Shown: positions 9,253 to 18,242 of the stretch, one piece after another
Layout: each line of letters starts with the position of its first letter
How positions within the stretch are numbered: position 1 is the stretch's first letter
Assembly (NCBI GenBank): GCA_017455015.1
Contig: JAFTBW010000073.1
Location: forward strand, 1 to 61,717
Length of the DNA: 61,717 nt
Source of the DNA: Oscillospiraceae bacterium
GTDB lineage: Bacteria > Bacillota > Clostridia > Oscillospirales > Oscillospiraceae
Reading direction: 5' to 3'
Notes under the pieces: model-generated
The model's database searches: none
What the model was told of the DNA's origin: nothing
Seen by the model: the letters and a program-made list of their open reading frames with translations, nothing else
Translations under genes and position numbers: made by a program

Positions 9253-10097
9253 ATCCGGTCCTCCGTGGCATTGGAATTATATGTTTTTTCGGCACGCAGG
9301 GCGCTGCCGAGGGCCTCTCCCAGGCGCACCGGAACTTCCGGGCGGGAGCGGAAGTTCTCCCGCACCCGCAGCCGCCCCGGCTCGGTCAGGAGAATAATCG
9401 TAGAGCCGCCGTACTGGAAGCAGCCCTTCTCCTCCCCCCGGCGCACCTCCGCCCGGTCGCGGTCAAGGTTGGCGATCCGGCCCACCAGCATGGCCCCCAC
9501 CTCCATTTGCAGCAGCGTCCCGAAGCGCTCCGTGCGCAGGAGCGTGTACTCCCGGGTGTTCTCACAGAACACCGGGCGGCGGCGCAGCGCCACCGGCTGA
9601 ACCGTGTGGTACACGCCCCGGATGCGCCAGGTGGGGCTTTTCAGGCCGGAGGCGGGGTATATGTAGCGGTGGTAGTGGTCCACCCGCAGACGGAACACCA
9701 GACAGTTTCCCCCGTCATAGCGCCGGGCCAGAGCGCGGCTGCGCAGCAGGTCCGAGACCCGGTAGAGGCTCTGCTTCACGGGCAGGACCAGATCCTGCGC
9801 GATGGGGTACACCGTCAAAAGCCCGTCGCAGGGGGCGAGGAGATGATCCGGGTCCGGGTCCAGGGGCCGCAGCTCGGGACGGATGCGGCGGCAGAAATAG
9901 TCGTTGAAGCTATTCCCCGGGTCCGGGAGATAGTCCTCCGGCCGGATGCCGCTGCGGCGGATAAAGGGCGTCACCAGGGGCCGGGAGAGCCGGGAATCCA
10001 GAAAGGCCCCCGCCGCAGCCGAAACGCCCCTGCCCGTCAGGGGCTTTAAAAGTACCCTGCCGGGCAGCGTGCCGTAGAGAAATTCCAACAGCTCCAT
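9240..10097 (-). CDS. psd: Phosphatidylserine decarboxylase proenzyme
   Basis: Start trimmed to MELLEFLYG (AAGGTGAGA RBS); 285 aa. Has the G-S-T self-cleavage motif in [11 protein letters not shown]. The upstream part of the 457-aa track ORF is Arg/Pro-rich and not coding-like. Confidence 0.85.
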   Translation of the reverse strand: MELLEFLYGTLPGRVLLKPLTGRGVSAAAGAFLDSRLSRPLVTPFIRRSGIRPEDYLPDPGNSFNDYFCRRIRPELRPLDPDPDHLLAPCDGLLTVYPIAQDLVLPVKQSLYRVSDLLRSRALARRYDGGNCLVFRLRVDHYHRYIYPASGLKSPTWRIRGVYHTVQPVALRRRPVFCENTREYTLLRTERFGTLLQMEVGAMLVGRIANLDRDRAEVRRGEEKGCFQYGGSTIILLTEPGRLRVRENFRSRPEVPVRLGEALGSALRAEKTYNSNATEDRIWNT

Positions 10098-10117
10098 ACG
10101 TCTCACCTTGCAGTTCC

Positions 10118-10807
10118 CTACCGTCTGCGGATGTGCAGATAGAGGGCCATCAGGAAAAATTCCGCCGCGCCGATGGCGATCAGAAGGATCAGCGTGCGCC
10201 GGCTGGGCTTGCGGATCGTGAACCTGCCCAAAAACAGGCAGCCCACCACCGGCAGCGCCACGAAATAGGCCAGGGAGAAATCCCGGACCGTGAGATAGTT
10301 CAGCAGGAGGATCAGCGGGAAAATCAGGGCGGAGGCGGTGACCGGCAGGCCCACATAGCGCTTGTGGCCCTCCTCGTCCGTCCCCTCGTGATGGAGCTCC
10401 AGCACATTGAACCAGGCAAGGCGGACCATCGCGGCCAGCACGAAAAACAGCGCGGCGGCAAAATACAGCACGGAGTAGAGCTTGAACACCCCCGCGTCGT
10501 TGAACACGGAGACGCGCCGCACCCCGCTGGTCAGCAGGGAGATGGCGATGGCGGCCGGCAGTACGCCGAAGGCAACCAGATCGGAAAGGGAGTCGATCTG
10601 CATGCCGAAGCATTTCTCTTTCTCTGTGCGCCCCGGCTTGGAGCGGGCCACGATGCCGTCAAAGGTGTCGCAAAGTCCGCAGAACAGCAAAAAGAAAGAA
10701 CCGATATAGGGATGTCCCGAGCCGAAGGTGCAGACCATGATGCCGGTGACGGCGCTCAGCAGGGACAGATAGGTCAAAATCACCGTATAGTCGTAGATGC
10801 CGATCAC
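10118..10807 (-). CDS. pssA: CDP-diacylglycerol--serine O-phosphatidyltransferase
   Basis: The GTG start overlaps the upstream stop (GTGA). Has the CDP-alcohol phosphatidyltransferase motif DTFDGIVAR...GMQIDSLSD. Confidence 0.85.
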   Translation of the reverse strand: MIGIYDYTVILTYLSLLSAVTGIMVCTFGSGHPYIGSFFLLFCGLCDTFDGIVARSKPGRTEKEKCFGMQIDSLSDLVAFGVLPAAIAISLLTSGVRRVSVFNDAGVFKLYSVLYFAAALFFVLAAMVRLAWFNVLELHHEGTDEEGHKRYVGLPVTASALIFPLILLLNYLTVRDFSLAYFVALPVVGCLFLGRFTIRKPSRRTLILLIAIGAAEFFLMALYLHIRRR

Positions 10808-11844
10808 TTGGATTCCTCTTTTCTCTTTCGCAGCGCGAGATAGCCCAGCAGGGAGATCAGTCCCCCCAGGGCCATGCAGAGGTAGAAGCTGAAGGTCCGG
10901 GAGAGCAGCCCCAGGCGGAGCGCGTTGTCCCGGATGAGAAACTGGCTGAAGCTCTGGTACAGCAGATAGTCCGCCGCGCCCATCCCCCCCGGCAGCGGCA
11001 GGAACGAGGAGCCCACCAGCGAAAAGGCGGAGCTTGCCCAGATCTGCGGGAGCAGACCGGGACTGCCGTAGAGCGCCAGGTGGACCAGCGCCGTCACCGT
11101 GACCTGGGAGACGCGCTGCAGCAGGGTCAGGAGGAAAGCGCCCGGCAGCAGCCTCCACTTTCCGCGGGTCATGGCGGCGCACTGCTCATATTGCCCCACG
11201 ATGCGCTCCAATTGCTGCACCCGGGCATCGCCCCTGCGGACAAGGCGGAGCTTCTCCAGAAAACGGATCAGCCGCGTCCCCACGCCCAGCAGCCGCCCGC
11301 CCCGGTGCAGCAGCAGATAGAACAGCGCCAGCAGTCCGGTCAGGGCCACCACGCCCGCCAGGATCAGGACCCGGGGCAGGGTGTCCATCACCAGCAGCCC
11401 GCGGGGCCAGCAGATGATCGCCAGCACGCAGATGGCCATGGTGGCCTCCGTATAGGCGATGAGATTGACCAGCAGCGTCACGGCCACCACCGCGGCGGGG
11501 ATGCCGTCGGCATGCATGAAATACGCGCTGGCGGGCTGTCCGCCGGAGGCGGAGGGCGTGATGGCGGAAAAGAAGATGTCCGAGGCGCTGTAGAGCAGGC
11601 CGGAAGAACGCCCCATCCGGTAGCCCAGCCCCTTCAGAATCCACAGAAGGGATTCCCCCTCCAGGACGATGAAGCCCAGCATGGCCGCAACGGCCAGCGC
11701 CAGCCAGCCCTTGTGGGAATACCGCAGCAGCTTAAGCATCCCCCGCAGGCTCAGGGCGGAGCTCATTCGGAGGATGGTGCGAACCGTCAGCACCATGAGA
11801 AGCGCTGTCACGGCGCCCCAGATCAGTTTGTTGTACTTCCGCAT
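10804..11844 (-). CDS. UPF0104 / lysylphosphatidylglycerol-synthase TM-region-like (flippase-like) membrane protein
   Basis: 346 aa, polytopic and hydrophobic. First gene of the pssA-psd string. Confidence 0.65.
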   Translation of the reverse strand: MRKYNKLIWGAVTALLMVLTVRTILRMSSALSLRGMLKLLRYSHKGWLALAVAAMLGFIVLEGESLLWILKGLGYRMGRSSGLLYSASDIFFSAITPSASGGQPASAYFMHADGIPAAVVAVTLLVNLIAYTEATMAICVLAIICWPRGLLVMDTLPRVLILAGVVALTGLLALFYLLLHRGGRLLGVGTRLIRFLEKLRLVRRGDARVQQLERIVGQYEQCAAMTRGKWRLLPGAFLLTLLQRVSQVTVTALVHLALYGSPGLLPQIWASSAFSLVGSSFLPLPGGMGAADYLLYQSFSQFLIRDNALRLGLLSRTFSFYLCMALGGLISLLGYLALRKRKEESK

Positions 11845-11927
11845 ACGATGTCTCCAAGCGCGTCAAAAGAGCAACGGGACAGAAAACAGGAGCCGCCGGA
11901 TGTCCATCCGACAGCCCCCGCTCAAAT

Positions 11928-11956
11928 ATTCTACCAGAAAGCGCCGGAATTGACAA
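11928..11956 (-). promoter_or_regulatory. Candidate promoter of the lipid/C1 gene string
   Basis: On the minus strand: TTGTCA, 17-nt spacer, TAGAAT with an upstream TG (extended -10). Confidence 0.45.
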
Positions 11957-11996
11957 GACCGGCTTGTGAAGAATTTGCTGGTATTTTCACAATTTA

Positions 11997-12056
11997 AAAG
12001 CCTTCCCCCGGAGGGGGGAAGGTGGCACGGCGCAACGCGCCGTGCCGGATGAGGGG
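11997..12056 (+). repeat. Family-4 repeat, copy 4a (two hairpins + GGATGAGGGG); probable terminator of the aromatic operon
   Basis: AAAAGCCTTCCCCC-gga-GGGGGGAAGG, then TGGCACGGCGC-aac-GCGCCGTGCC, then GGATGAGGGG. Read on the minus strand, hairpin 1 is followed by CTTTTAAATT. Confidence 0.7.
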
Positions 12057-12080
12057 ATATGCGCGCGAAACGCGCCTTTT

Positions 12081-13112
12081 TTATAACTGCTCCGCCATGT
12101 CGTAGATCAGCCGTTCGCTCTTTTCCCAGCCCAGGCAGGGGTCCGTGATGCTCTTGCCGTAGACGCCGCCGCCCACGGCCTGGCAGCCGTCCTCGATGTA
12201 GCTCTCCACCATAAAGCCGCGGACCAGCCGCTTCACCTCCGGGCTGTGGCGGCAGGAGTGGAGCACCTCCATCAGGATGCGGGGCTGCTCAAAGGGGTTC
12301 TTGCCGCTGTTGGCGTGGTTGCAGTCCACCACCAGGGCGGGGTTTTGCAGCCCCCATTTGGCGTACAGCTCCGTCAGGTACACCAGGGTCTCGTAGTGGT
12401 AGTTGGGATGGGTGACGCCCTGGCGGTTCACATAGCCCCGCAGGATGGCGTGGGCGTAGGGGTTGCCGTAGGAGTGTCCCTCCCAGCCCCGGTAGATGAA
12501 GTCGTGCTGGTGCTGGGCGGCCATAATGCCGTTCATCATGACGGTCAGATCGCCGCTGGTGGGGTTCTTCATGCCCACGGGGCAGTCCGCCGCGCTGGCG
12601 GTGAGCCGGTGCTGCTGGTCCTCCACGCTCCTGGCTCCCACGGCCACATAGCCCAGCAGATCGTCCAGGTACTTGTGGTTCTCCGGGTAGAGCATCTCGT
12701 CGGCGCAGGCAAAGCCCGTCTCCCGCACCGCCCGCATGTGCAGCTCCCGGGTGGCGATGATGCCCTTGAACAGGTCCGGCTGCGCGGTGGGGTCCGGCTG
12801 GTGCACCAGTCCCTTGTAGCCGTCGCCCGTGGTCCGGGGCTTGTTGGTGTAAATGCGGGGAACGATGAGAATTTTGTCTTTCACCTTCTCCTGCACCGGG
12901 GCGAGGCGGGTGATGTAGTCCATCACGCTGTCCTCGTTGTCCGCGGAGCAGGGGCCGATGATCAGCGCCAGTTTTTCGCTTCTGCCGGAGAAAATGGCCT
13001 TGAGCTCCGCCAGACGCTTTTCCACGTCCTCCCCCATTTTGCCGGAGAGGGGGTACATCTCCTTGACCTCCATGGGGATGGGCAGGCGGCGCTTGAAATC
13101 CATGTTCATCAT
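12081..13112 (-). CDS. 3-deoxy-7-phosphoheptulonate (DAHP) synthase, class I
   Basis: 343 aa starting MMNMDFKRR (GAGGA RBS). Has the KPRT motif (IYTNKPRTTGDGYKGLVHQPDP). Confidence 0.9.
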   Translation of the reverse strand: MMNMDFKRRLPIPMEVKEMYPLSGKMGEDVEKRLAELKAIFSGRSEKLALIIGPCSADNEDSVMDYITRLAPVQEKVKDKILIVPRIYTNKPRTTGDGYKGLVHQPDPTAQPDLFKGIIATRELHMRAVRETGFACADEMLYPENHKYLDDLLGYVAVGARSVEDQQHRLTASAADCPVGMKNPTSGDLTVMMNGIMAAQHQHDFIYRGWEGHSYGNPYAHAILRGYVNRQGVTHPNYHYETLVYLTELYAKWGLQNPALVVDCNHANSGKNPFEQPRILMEVLHSCRHSPEVKRLVRGFMVESYIEDGCQAVGGGVYGKSITDPCLGWEKSERLIYDMAEQL

Positions 13113-13125
13113 AAGAATACGATCC

Positions 13126-13980
13126 TCACTTGTCGAAATACGCACGGCGAGCGGTACTCAGCCGCATCTTCTCCCGCAGGCCCTCCGCGTCACCGGCGGC
13201 CAGCAGCTCCCGGAGCGCGCCAAGCTCCCCGATAAACCCGTCCATCTGCCGCAGCAGCTCGTCCTGATTGAGCAGGAACAGCTCGCTCCACATGGCGTCG
13301 TTGATGCGGGCGATCCGCGTCAGGTCCCGGAAGCTGTCGCCGGTGTAGTCCGCCAGATGCCGGTTGTCCGTGCATGTCATCAGCGCCACGGCAATGCAGT
13401 GGGTGAGCTGGCTGAGAAAACCGATCATCTGATCATGCTCCTCGGGAGAGAGCACGCTGATCCTCCGGAACCCCAGGATGCGCCCCAGGCTCTTGCACCA
13501 CTCCACCGCCTCCGGGGTGTTTTTCTCCGTGGGGGTGACGATGTAGTTGGCGCCCTGGAAGATGCGGTCGTCGCTGTTCTCCACGCCGGAGACCTCCCGG
13601 CCCGCCATGGGGTGGGCGGCGATGAACTCCACGTCCGGCCGCAGCATCTCCTGGATGTCGTAGACAATACAGCGCTTGACGCCGGTGACGTCCGTCAGCA
13701 TGGCGCCGGGCTTCAGCAGATACTGGTTGTCCCGGACCCAGTTTTTGAACACGCCGGGATAGAGGGCGAAGATCACCGCGTCCGCGCCGCACACCAGCTC
13801 CGGGTCGGGAAAGGTGCTGCCCGCGTCGATGATGCCCTGCCCGATCGCGTATTCGACGGTCTCAGGCCGCCGGGCCAGGGCGGAGACGCGATAGCCCAGC
13901 CGTTTCAAGGCTCTGGCGTAGCTGCCGCCCATCAGGCCGAGGCCCACGATCAGGATATTGCTGTCAGAAATCCATTTCAT
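13126..13980 (-). CDS. tyrA: Prephenate dehydrogenase
   Basis: 284 aa starting MKWISDSN (GAGGGAAAC RBS). Rossmann motif IVGLGLMGGSYARAL. Confidence 0.85.
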   Translation of the reverse strand: MKWISDSNILIVGLGLMGGSYARALKRLGYRVSALARRPETVEYAIGQGIIDAGSTFPDPELVCGADAVIFALYPGVFKNWVRDNQYLLKPGAMLTDVTGVKRCIVYDIQEMLRPDVEFIAAHPMAGREVSGVENSDDRIFQGANYIVTPTEKNTPEAVEWCKSLGRILGFRRISVLSPEEHDQMIGFLSQLTHCIAVALMTCTDNRHLADYTGDSFRDLTRIARINDAMWSELFLLNQDELLRQMDGFIGELGALRELLAAGDAEGLREKMRLSTARRAYFDK

Positions 13981-13991
13981 AGTCGTTTCCC

Positions 13992-15233
13992 TCAATTCAT
14001 AGCGGATGCTCCGCGCTCTCCCTGGAAGGACACCGCGATCCCCAGGCTCCGGAGCCGTTCAAAAAAGTCCGGGAAGCTCTTGTCCACCGCCTCCGCGCCG
14101 TTGACCGTCCCGCCCACCCTGGCGCAGAGCAGGCTCAGAGCCATGACGATCCGGTGGTCGTTGTGGCCGTCCAGCGCGCCGTCGGGCGGACGCAGGCCGC
14201 TCCCCACGGTAATCTCGTTTTCCGACACGGTGACGGGGACGCCGAACTTCCGGAGCTCCTCGGCCATGACCGCGCCGCGGTCGCTCTCCTTGAGCCGGAG
14301 CCGCCGGGTCCCGGTAAACGTTCCTCCCCGGCGGGCGGCGGCATAGGCCAGCAGCACGGGACCGAGATCCGGGCAGTCCGACAGGTCCAAGCGCTCTCTG
14401 CCGCCGTCCAGGGCGCGGAAATACGTCTCGCAGACCCGGTCCCCCTGGAGACTGTTCGGGTCCAGTCCCGTCACCGTGACCCCGGGGCCCAGCGCCAGCA
14501 GGAAAGCGGCGTTGGACCAGTCCCCCTCCACCGTGACGGCCGGGCGGCTTCCCGCCCGGGCCGGGAGGCGGAAGCGCTGTCTGCCGGGCACGGCGACGGT
14601 CCCGTCGTCCAGCCAGCGCGTCTCAATGCCGAAGCGCCGGAGGGCGTCCATCGTCAGCAGGATGTAGCTCCGGCTCTCCACCGGGGCCGCCAGCCGGATG
14701 CGGCTGTCCCCCGGCAGGGCGGGCAGGGCGAAGAGCAGACCGCTGACAAACTGGCTGCTCACGTCCCCCGGCAGGGTGAACTCCCCGGGGCGCAGCGTCC
14801 CCTCCACGGTGACGGAGGTTTCGGTCTGTTCAAAGCGGATGCCCTTTTCCCGGCAGAGGTCCCGGTAGACCCCCAGGGGCCGTTCCAGCAGCCGGGGAGA
14901 GCCGGTGAGGGTGACGGGCGGGCCGGAGAGGCAGAGGGGCAGGAAAAACCGCAGAGTGCTGCCGCTCTCCCGGCAGGGCAGCACCGTCCCCGGCTCCGGG
15001 AGGCGGGGAGATTTTCCGTACAGGGTCACGTCCCCGTCCCGCATGAGGCTGTCGATGCCCAGGGCGCTCAGGCAGTCCAGGGTGGCCAGGATGTCCTGGG
15101 ACGCGGCCACGCCCCGGACCAGGGTCTCTCCCGGACACTGTCCGGCGCACAGCAGCAGCCGGTGGGCCATGCTCTTGCTGGGGGGCGCGGGTGCGGTTCC
15201 GGCGGCGGAGGAGGGGCGGATGGTCACGTTCAT
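13992..15233 (-). CDS. aroA: 3-phosphoshikimate 1-carboxyvinyltransferase (EPSP synthase)
   Basis: 413 aa starting MNVTIRPS. The ATG overlaps the aroQ stop (ATGA). PSKSMAHR and LPGDVSSQFVSGLLFAL motifs. Confidence 0.9.
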   Translation of the reverse strand: MNVTIRPSSAAGTAPAPPSKSMAHRLLLCAGQCPGETLVRGVAASQDILATLDCLSALGIDSLMRDGDVTLYGKSPRLPEPGTVLPCRESGSTLRFFLPLCLSGPPVTLTGSPRLLERPLGVYRDLCREKGIRFEQTETSVTVEGTLRPGEFTLPGDVSSQFVSGLLFALPALPGDSRIRLAAPVESRSYILLTMDALRRFGIETRWLDDGTVAVPGRQRFRLPARAGSRPAVTVEGDWSNAAFLLALGPGVTVTGLDPNSLQGDRVCETYFRALDGGRERLDLSDCPDLGPVLLAYAAARRGGTFTGTRRLRLKESDRGAVMAEELRKFGVPVTVSENEITVGSGLRPPDGALDGHNDHRIVMALSLLCARVGGTVNGAEAVDKSFPDFFERLRSLGIAVSFQGERGASAMN

Positions 15234-15664
15234 GTCCGGCTCCTTTCGACGAGCAGGTCCATGGCCTCCGTGTAGCCCGCAAGGCCCCGGCCGGAAATCG
15301 TGGCGACGCAGGCGGCGCGGATATAGCTGATCTGCCGGAAGTCCTCCCGGGCGGAGACGTCCGAGATGTGGACCTCCACCGTGGGGATACCCACCGCCTT
15401 TACCGCGTCCAGGAGGGCGATGCTGGTGTGGGTGTAGGCCCCGGGATTGATGACAATGCCGTCCGCCGTACCGTAGGCGGACTGGATCTTGTCCACCAGA
15501 TCCCCCTCGTGATTGGATTGGTACAGCTCCGCCTCCACACCCCGCCTGGCGGCGTGGTCCAGGACAAGGCGGCAAAGGGTCTCATAGCGCTCCGTGCCGT
15601 AGATACCCGGCTCGCGGATACCCAGCATGTTCAGGTTGGGTCCGTTGATGACAAGGATTTTCAC
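15230..15664 (-). CDS. aroQ: Type II 3-dehydroquinate dehydratase
   Basis: 144 aa, GTG start behind a GGAGG RBS. NGPNLN, QSNHEG and INPGAYTHTSIAL signatures. Confidence 0.9.
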   Translation of the reverse strand: MKILVINGPNLNMLGIREPGIYGTERYETLCRLVLDHAARRGVEAELYQSNHEGDLVDKIQSAYGTADGIVINPGAYTHTSIALLDAVKAVGIPTVEVHISDVSAREDFRQISYIRAACVATISGRGLAGYTEAMDLLVERSRT

Positions 15665-15690
15665 GGTTTCAGCCTCCTGATGATCTCACG

Positions 15691-15864
15691 AGCAATGAAA
15701 TTTGCAATTTCATTGCTCCGTGAAAGGTTGCACTTCGTTCGCGCCGCCGCGGGGGAGCGGCACTCACTCCGTGAGGAGTGTTTTTGGCGAAAACGCGGTT
15801 TCCGCCAAAAATGGATTTGATTTATTCGCGCCTGCGGGCGCGAACTCTGCGAGGCAACGAAAGG
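15691..15864 (+). repeat. Family-2 multi-hairpin repeat, copy 2a
   Basis: Fills the aroE/K-aroQ spacer. Aligns with the reverse complement of 21148-21325 through four hairpin modules and the conserved tail CTCTGCGAGGCAACGA. Confidence 0.8.
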
Positions 15865-15867
15865 TTT

Positions 15868-17142
15868 TTAACCATTTTCGATCATGGATATGATCTCATT
15901 TGCCGTCTCCTCCGGCGTGCCGGCGACCGGGACGCGCAGGCCGTTCCAGTCCTCCGCCGCAGCCAGATAGACGGGATAGCGGGTGCGGTACAGGGCCTCC
16001 AGCTTCTCCCGGTCGTCGGAGAGGGGGCGGTCCGCCGTGGGCAGCAGCTCCGAAAGCGGCCGGTCCAAAAAGATCAGCTTTCCGCCCCTTTGGATGCTCC
16101 GCCGGTTCTCCGTCCGAAGGATGCCCCCGCCGCCGGTGGCGATGACCTGTCCCGGCTCCCGGCAGAGCCGCGCCAGGGTCTCCGTCTCCATGTCCCGGAA
16201 CCGCGTCTCCCCGTACCGGGAGAAGATCTCGGGGATGGGCATTCCGGCAGAGCGGACGATCTCCGCGTCGCAGTCGAAAAAGGGTCTGCCCAGTTTTTTT
16301 GCCAGCAGCCGTCCCAGGGTGGACTTGCCGCTGCCGGGCATCCCCGCCAGCACCAGATTGGTCTTTTCAAAGGCCAGGGCGTCCCGCAGCGGCTCCCACG
16401 CCGGGGGACTGTCCGGCGCGCCGGTGAACCAGGCCGCCGCCAGGGCCGCCTGGCAGACCAGCATCCCCAGGCCGTTGCCGGTGTGGGGGATGCCACGCTC
16501 CCGGGCCTGACAGACCAGCTCCGTGGTCACGGGGTTGTAGATCACGTCCGCCACGGTGTCCAGCCTCGGAAGCCGGTCCAGATCCACGGGGCAGCTCTCC
16601 ACGCGGGGGTACATTCCTGCGGGCGTGGTGTTGATGAGTACCTGTGCGCCGCCATAGCGGGCATAGGCCTCCCCGTAGCCGAGCACGTCCCCCTCCCCCG
16701 ACGGGGTCCGGCTCAGGCGGAAAATCCGCTCCGCCCCCAGCCGCCTTGCCGCCGCCCGGGCTGTGAGGCTGGTGCCGCCGGCGCCGGCGATGAGGACGGT
16801 TTTTCCCGTCAAATCCCCCGCGCCGATGGAGCGGAGCAGGGCCATGAGGCCGCCCAGGTCCGTGTTGTGCCCGTAGAGCGCGCCGCCCCGGTTGACGACG
16901 GTGTTGACCGCGCCGGTCTCCCGGGCTTCCCGACTCATATCCGCCAGATAGGGGATTACCGCCCGTTTATAGGGGATCGTGACGTTGATGCCGTCAAAGT
17001 CCCGCAACCTGAAAAACTCCCCCAGTTTTTCCGGGGACACCTCCATCAGTCGGTAGTCCCCGCCGCCGGGGTAGCCCAGCCGCCGGTGGATCTCCGGGGA
17101 AAAGCTGTGGGGAAGCCGCTCTCCCAGCAGTCCGATCTTCAT
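15868..17142 (-). CDS. Fusion: shikimate dehydrogenase + shikimate kinase
   Basis: 424 aa starting MKIGLLGERL. The ATG overlaps the aroC stop. AroE motif GINVTIPYK in the N-terminal half and AroK P-loop GMPGSGKSTLGRLLA in the C-terminal third. Confidence 0.9.
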   Translation of the reverse strand: MKIGLLGERLPHSFSPEIHRRLGYPGGGDYRLMEVSPEKLGEFFRLRDFDGINVTIPYKRAVIPYLADMSREARETGAVNTVVNRGGALYGHNTDLGGLMALLRSIGAGDLTGKTVLIAGAGGTSLTARAAARRLGAERIFRLSRTPSGEGDVLGYGEAYARYGGAQVLINTTPAGMYPRVESCPVDLDRLPRLDTVADVIYNPVTTELVCQARERGIPHTGNGLGMLVCQAALAAAWFTGAPDSPPAWEPLRDALAFEKTNLVLAGMPGSGKSTLGRLLAKKLGRPFFDCDAEIVRSAGMPIPEIFSRYGETRFRDMETETLARLCREPGQVIATGGGGILRTENRRSIQRGGKLIFLDRPLSELLPTADRPLSDDREKLEALYRTRYPVYLAAAEDWNGLRVPVAGTPEETANEIISMIENG

Positions 17143-18242
17143 GGACGCTCTCCTCTCAGGAAATCTGTACCGTAGCGCTGGGCCAGGGCGTCGCAGAGCA
17201 CCAGGGCCGTGACGCTGTCGGCCACCACCCGCGCCCGGTGCAAAATCGCCGGGTCGTGCCGCCCCTTGAGCTCCAGTCTGGCGTCCTCCCCCCTGAGAAA
17301 GTCCACCGTGTCCTGGGCCTGATAAATGGAGGGCGTGGGCTTTACCGCGCAACGAAAACGCAGGGGCATTCCGTTGGAGATGCCGCCGTTGATGCCGCCG
17401 TTGTGGTTCGTGCGGGTGCGCACCGCGCCGTTCTCCATATAAAATGGGTCGTTGTACTGACTGCCCTTCGCGTCCGCCAGATCGAAGCCGCCGCCGAACT
17501 GGACGCCCTTGACGCCGGGGATGGAGAACAGGCCGTGGGCCAGCAGCCCCTCCAGGGTGTCGAACCAGGGCTCCCCCACCCCTGCGGGCAGGCCCGTGAC
17601 CGCCGTCTCCAGCACGCCGCCCACGCTGTCCCCCGCCTCCGCGGCGCGGGCGATAGCATCGCGCATCCGCTCTCCGGCGTTCTCGTCCAGCACGGCGAAG
17701 ACCTTTTCATTCAGCGCGGCGATGTCTGAGGCTTCGTCCGGGGAGAACTCCCGGTCCGCCACCCCGCCGCAGCGGGCGATGTGGGTGCCGACGGCGATCC
17801 TTTTGCCCCGCAGGGCCAGCAGCGCTACGGCCCCGGCCGCCGTCAGGGCGGCGGTGATCCTGCCGGAAAAGTGCCCGCCCCCCCGGTAGTCCTCGAAGCC
17901 GTGGTATTTCATATATGCGGTGTAGTCCGCGTGGCCGGGCCGGGCCAGAGCGCGGGTGGCGGCGTAATCCCGGGAGCGTATATCCTCGTTGGGGACGAGG
18001 ATGCACAGGGGCGTGCCTGTGGTCCTCCCCTCGAACACGCCGCTGACGATCTGAAAGCGGTCCGCCTCCGCTCTCGCGGTGGAGATCCTGCCGCAGGGCC
18101 GCCGCAGGGAGAGCTGACGGGCGATGAATGCCTCGTCCACGGGGATGCCGGGCGCCATGCCGTCCAGCACCGCGCCGATGGCGGCTCCGTGGCTCTCGCC
18201 GAACAGCGTCACGCTGACGCCGGTTCCCAGGGTGTTCTTCAC
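17139..18242 (-). CDS. aroC: Chorismate synthase
   Basis: 367 aa. The GTG start (GGGAGGTGG RBS) overlaps the aroB stop. FGESHG motif. Confidence 0.9.
   Translation of the reverse strand: MKNTLGTGVSVTLFGESHGAAIGAVLDGMAPGIPVDEAFIARQLSLRRPCGRISTARAEADRFQIVSGVFEGRTTGTPLCILVPNEDIRSRDYAATRALARPGHADYTAYMKYHGFEDYRGGGHFSGRITAALTAAGAVALLALRGKRIAVGTHIARCGGVADREFSPDEASDIAALNEKVFAVLDENAGERMRDAIARAAEAGDSVGGVLETAVTGLPAGVGEPWFDTLEGLLAHGLFSIPGVKGVQFGGGFDLADAKGSQYNDPFYMENGAVRTRTNHNGGINGGISNGMPLRFRCAVKPTPSIYQAQDTVDFLRGEDARLELKGRHDPAILHRARVVADSVTALVLCDALAQRYGTDFLRGERP

Noticed and set aside
9240-11182. Long N-terminal extensions of the psd (457 aa) and pssA (354 aa) track ORFs
   Set aside because: The extensions overlap the upstream genes, are Arg/Pro/Gly-rich and lack an RBS. 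The internal starts have RBSs and give family-typical protein lengths.
15702-15893. ORFs 15702-15893 (+) and 21116-21388 (-) sharing ...FGENAVSAKNG...
   Set aside because: The shared peptide is the translation of family-2 hairpin 3. The differences between copies preserve base pairing rather than the protein sequence, and the flanking parts of the ORFs are unrelated.
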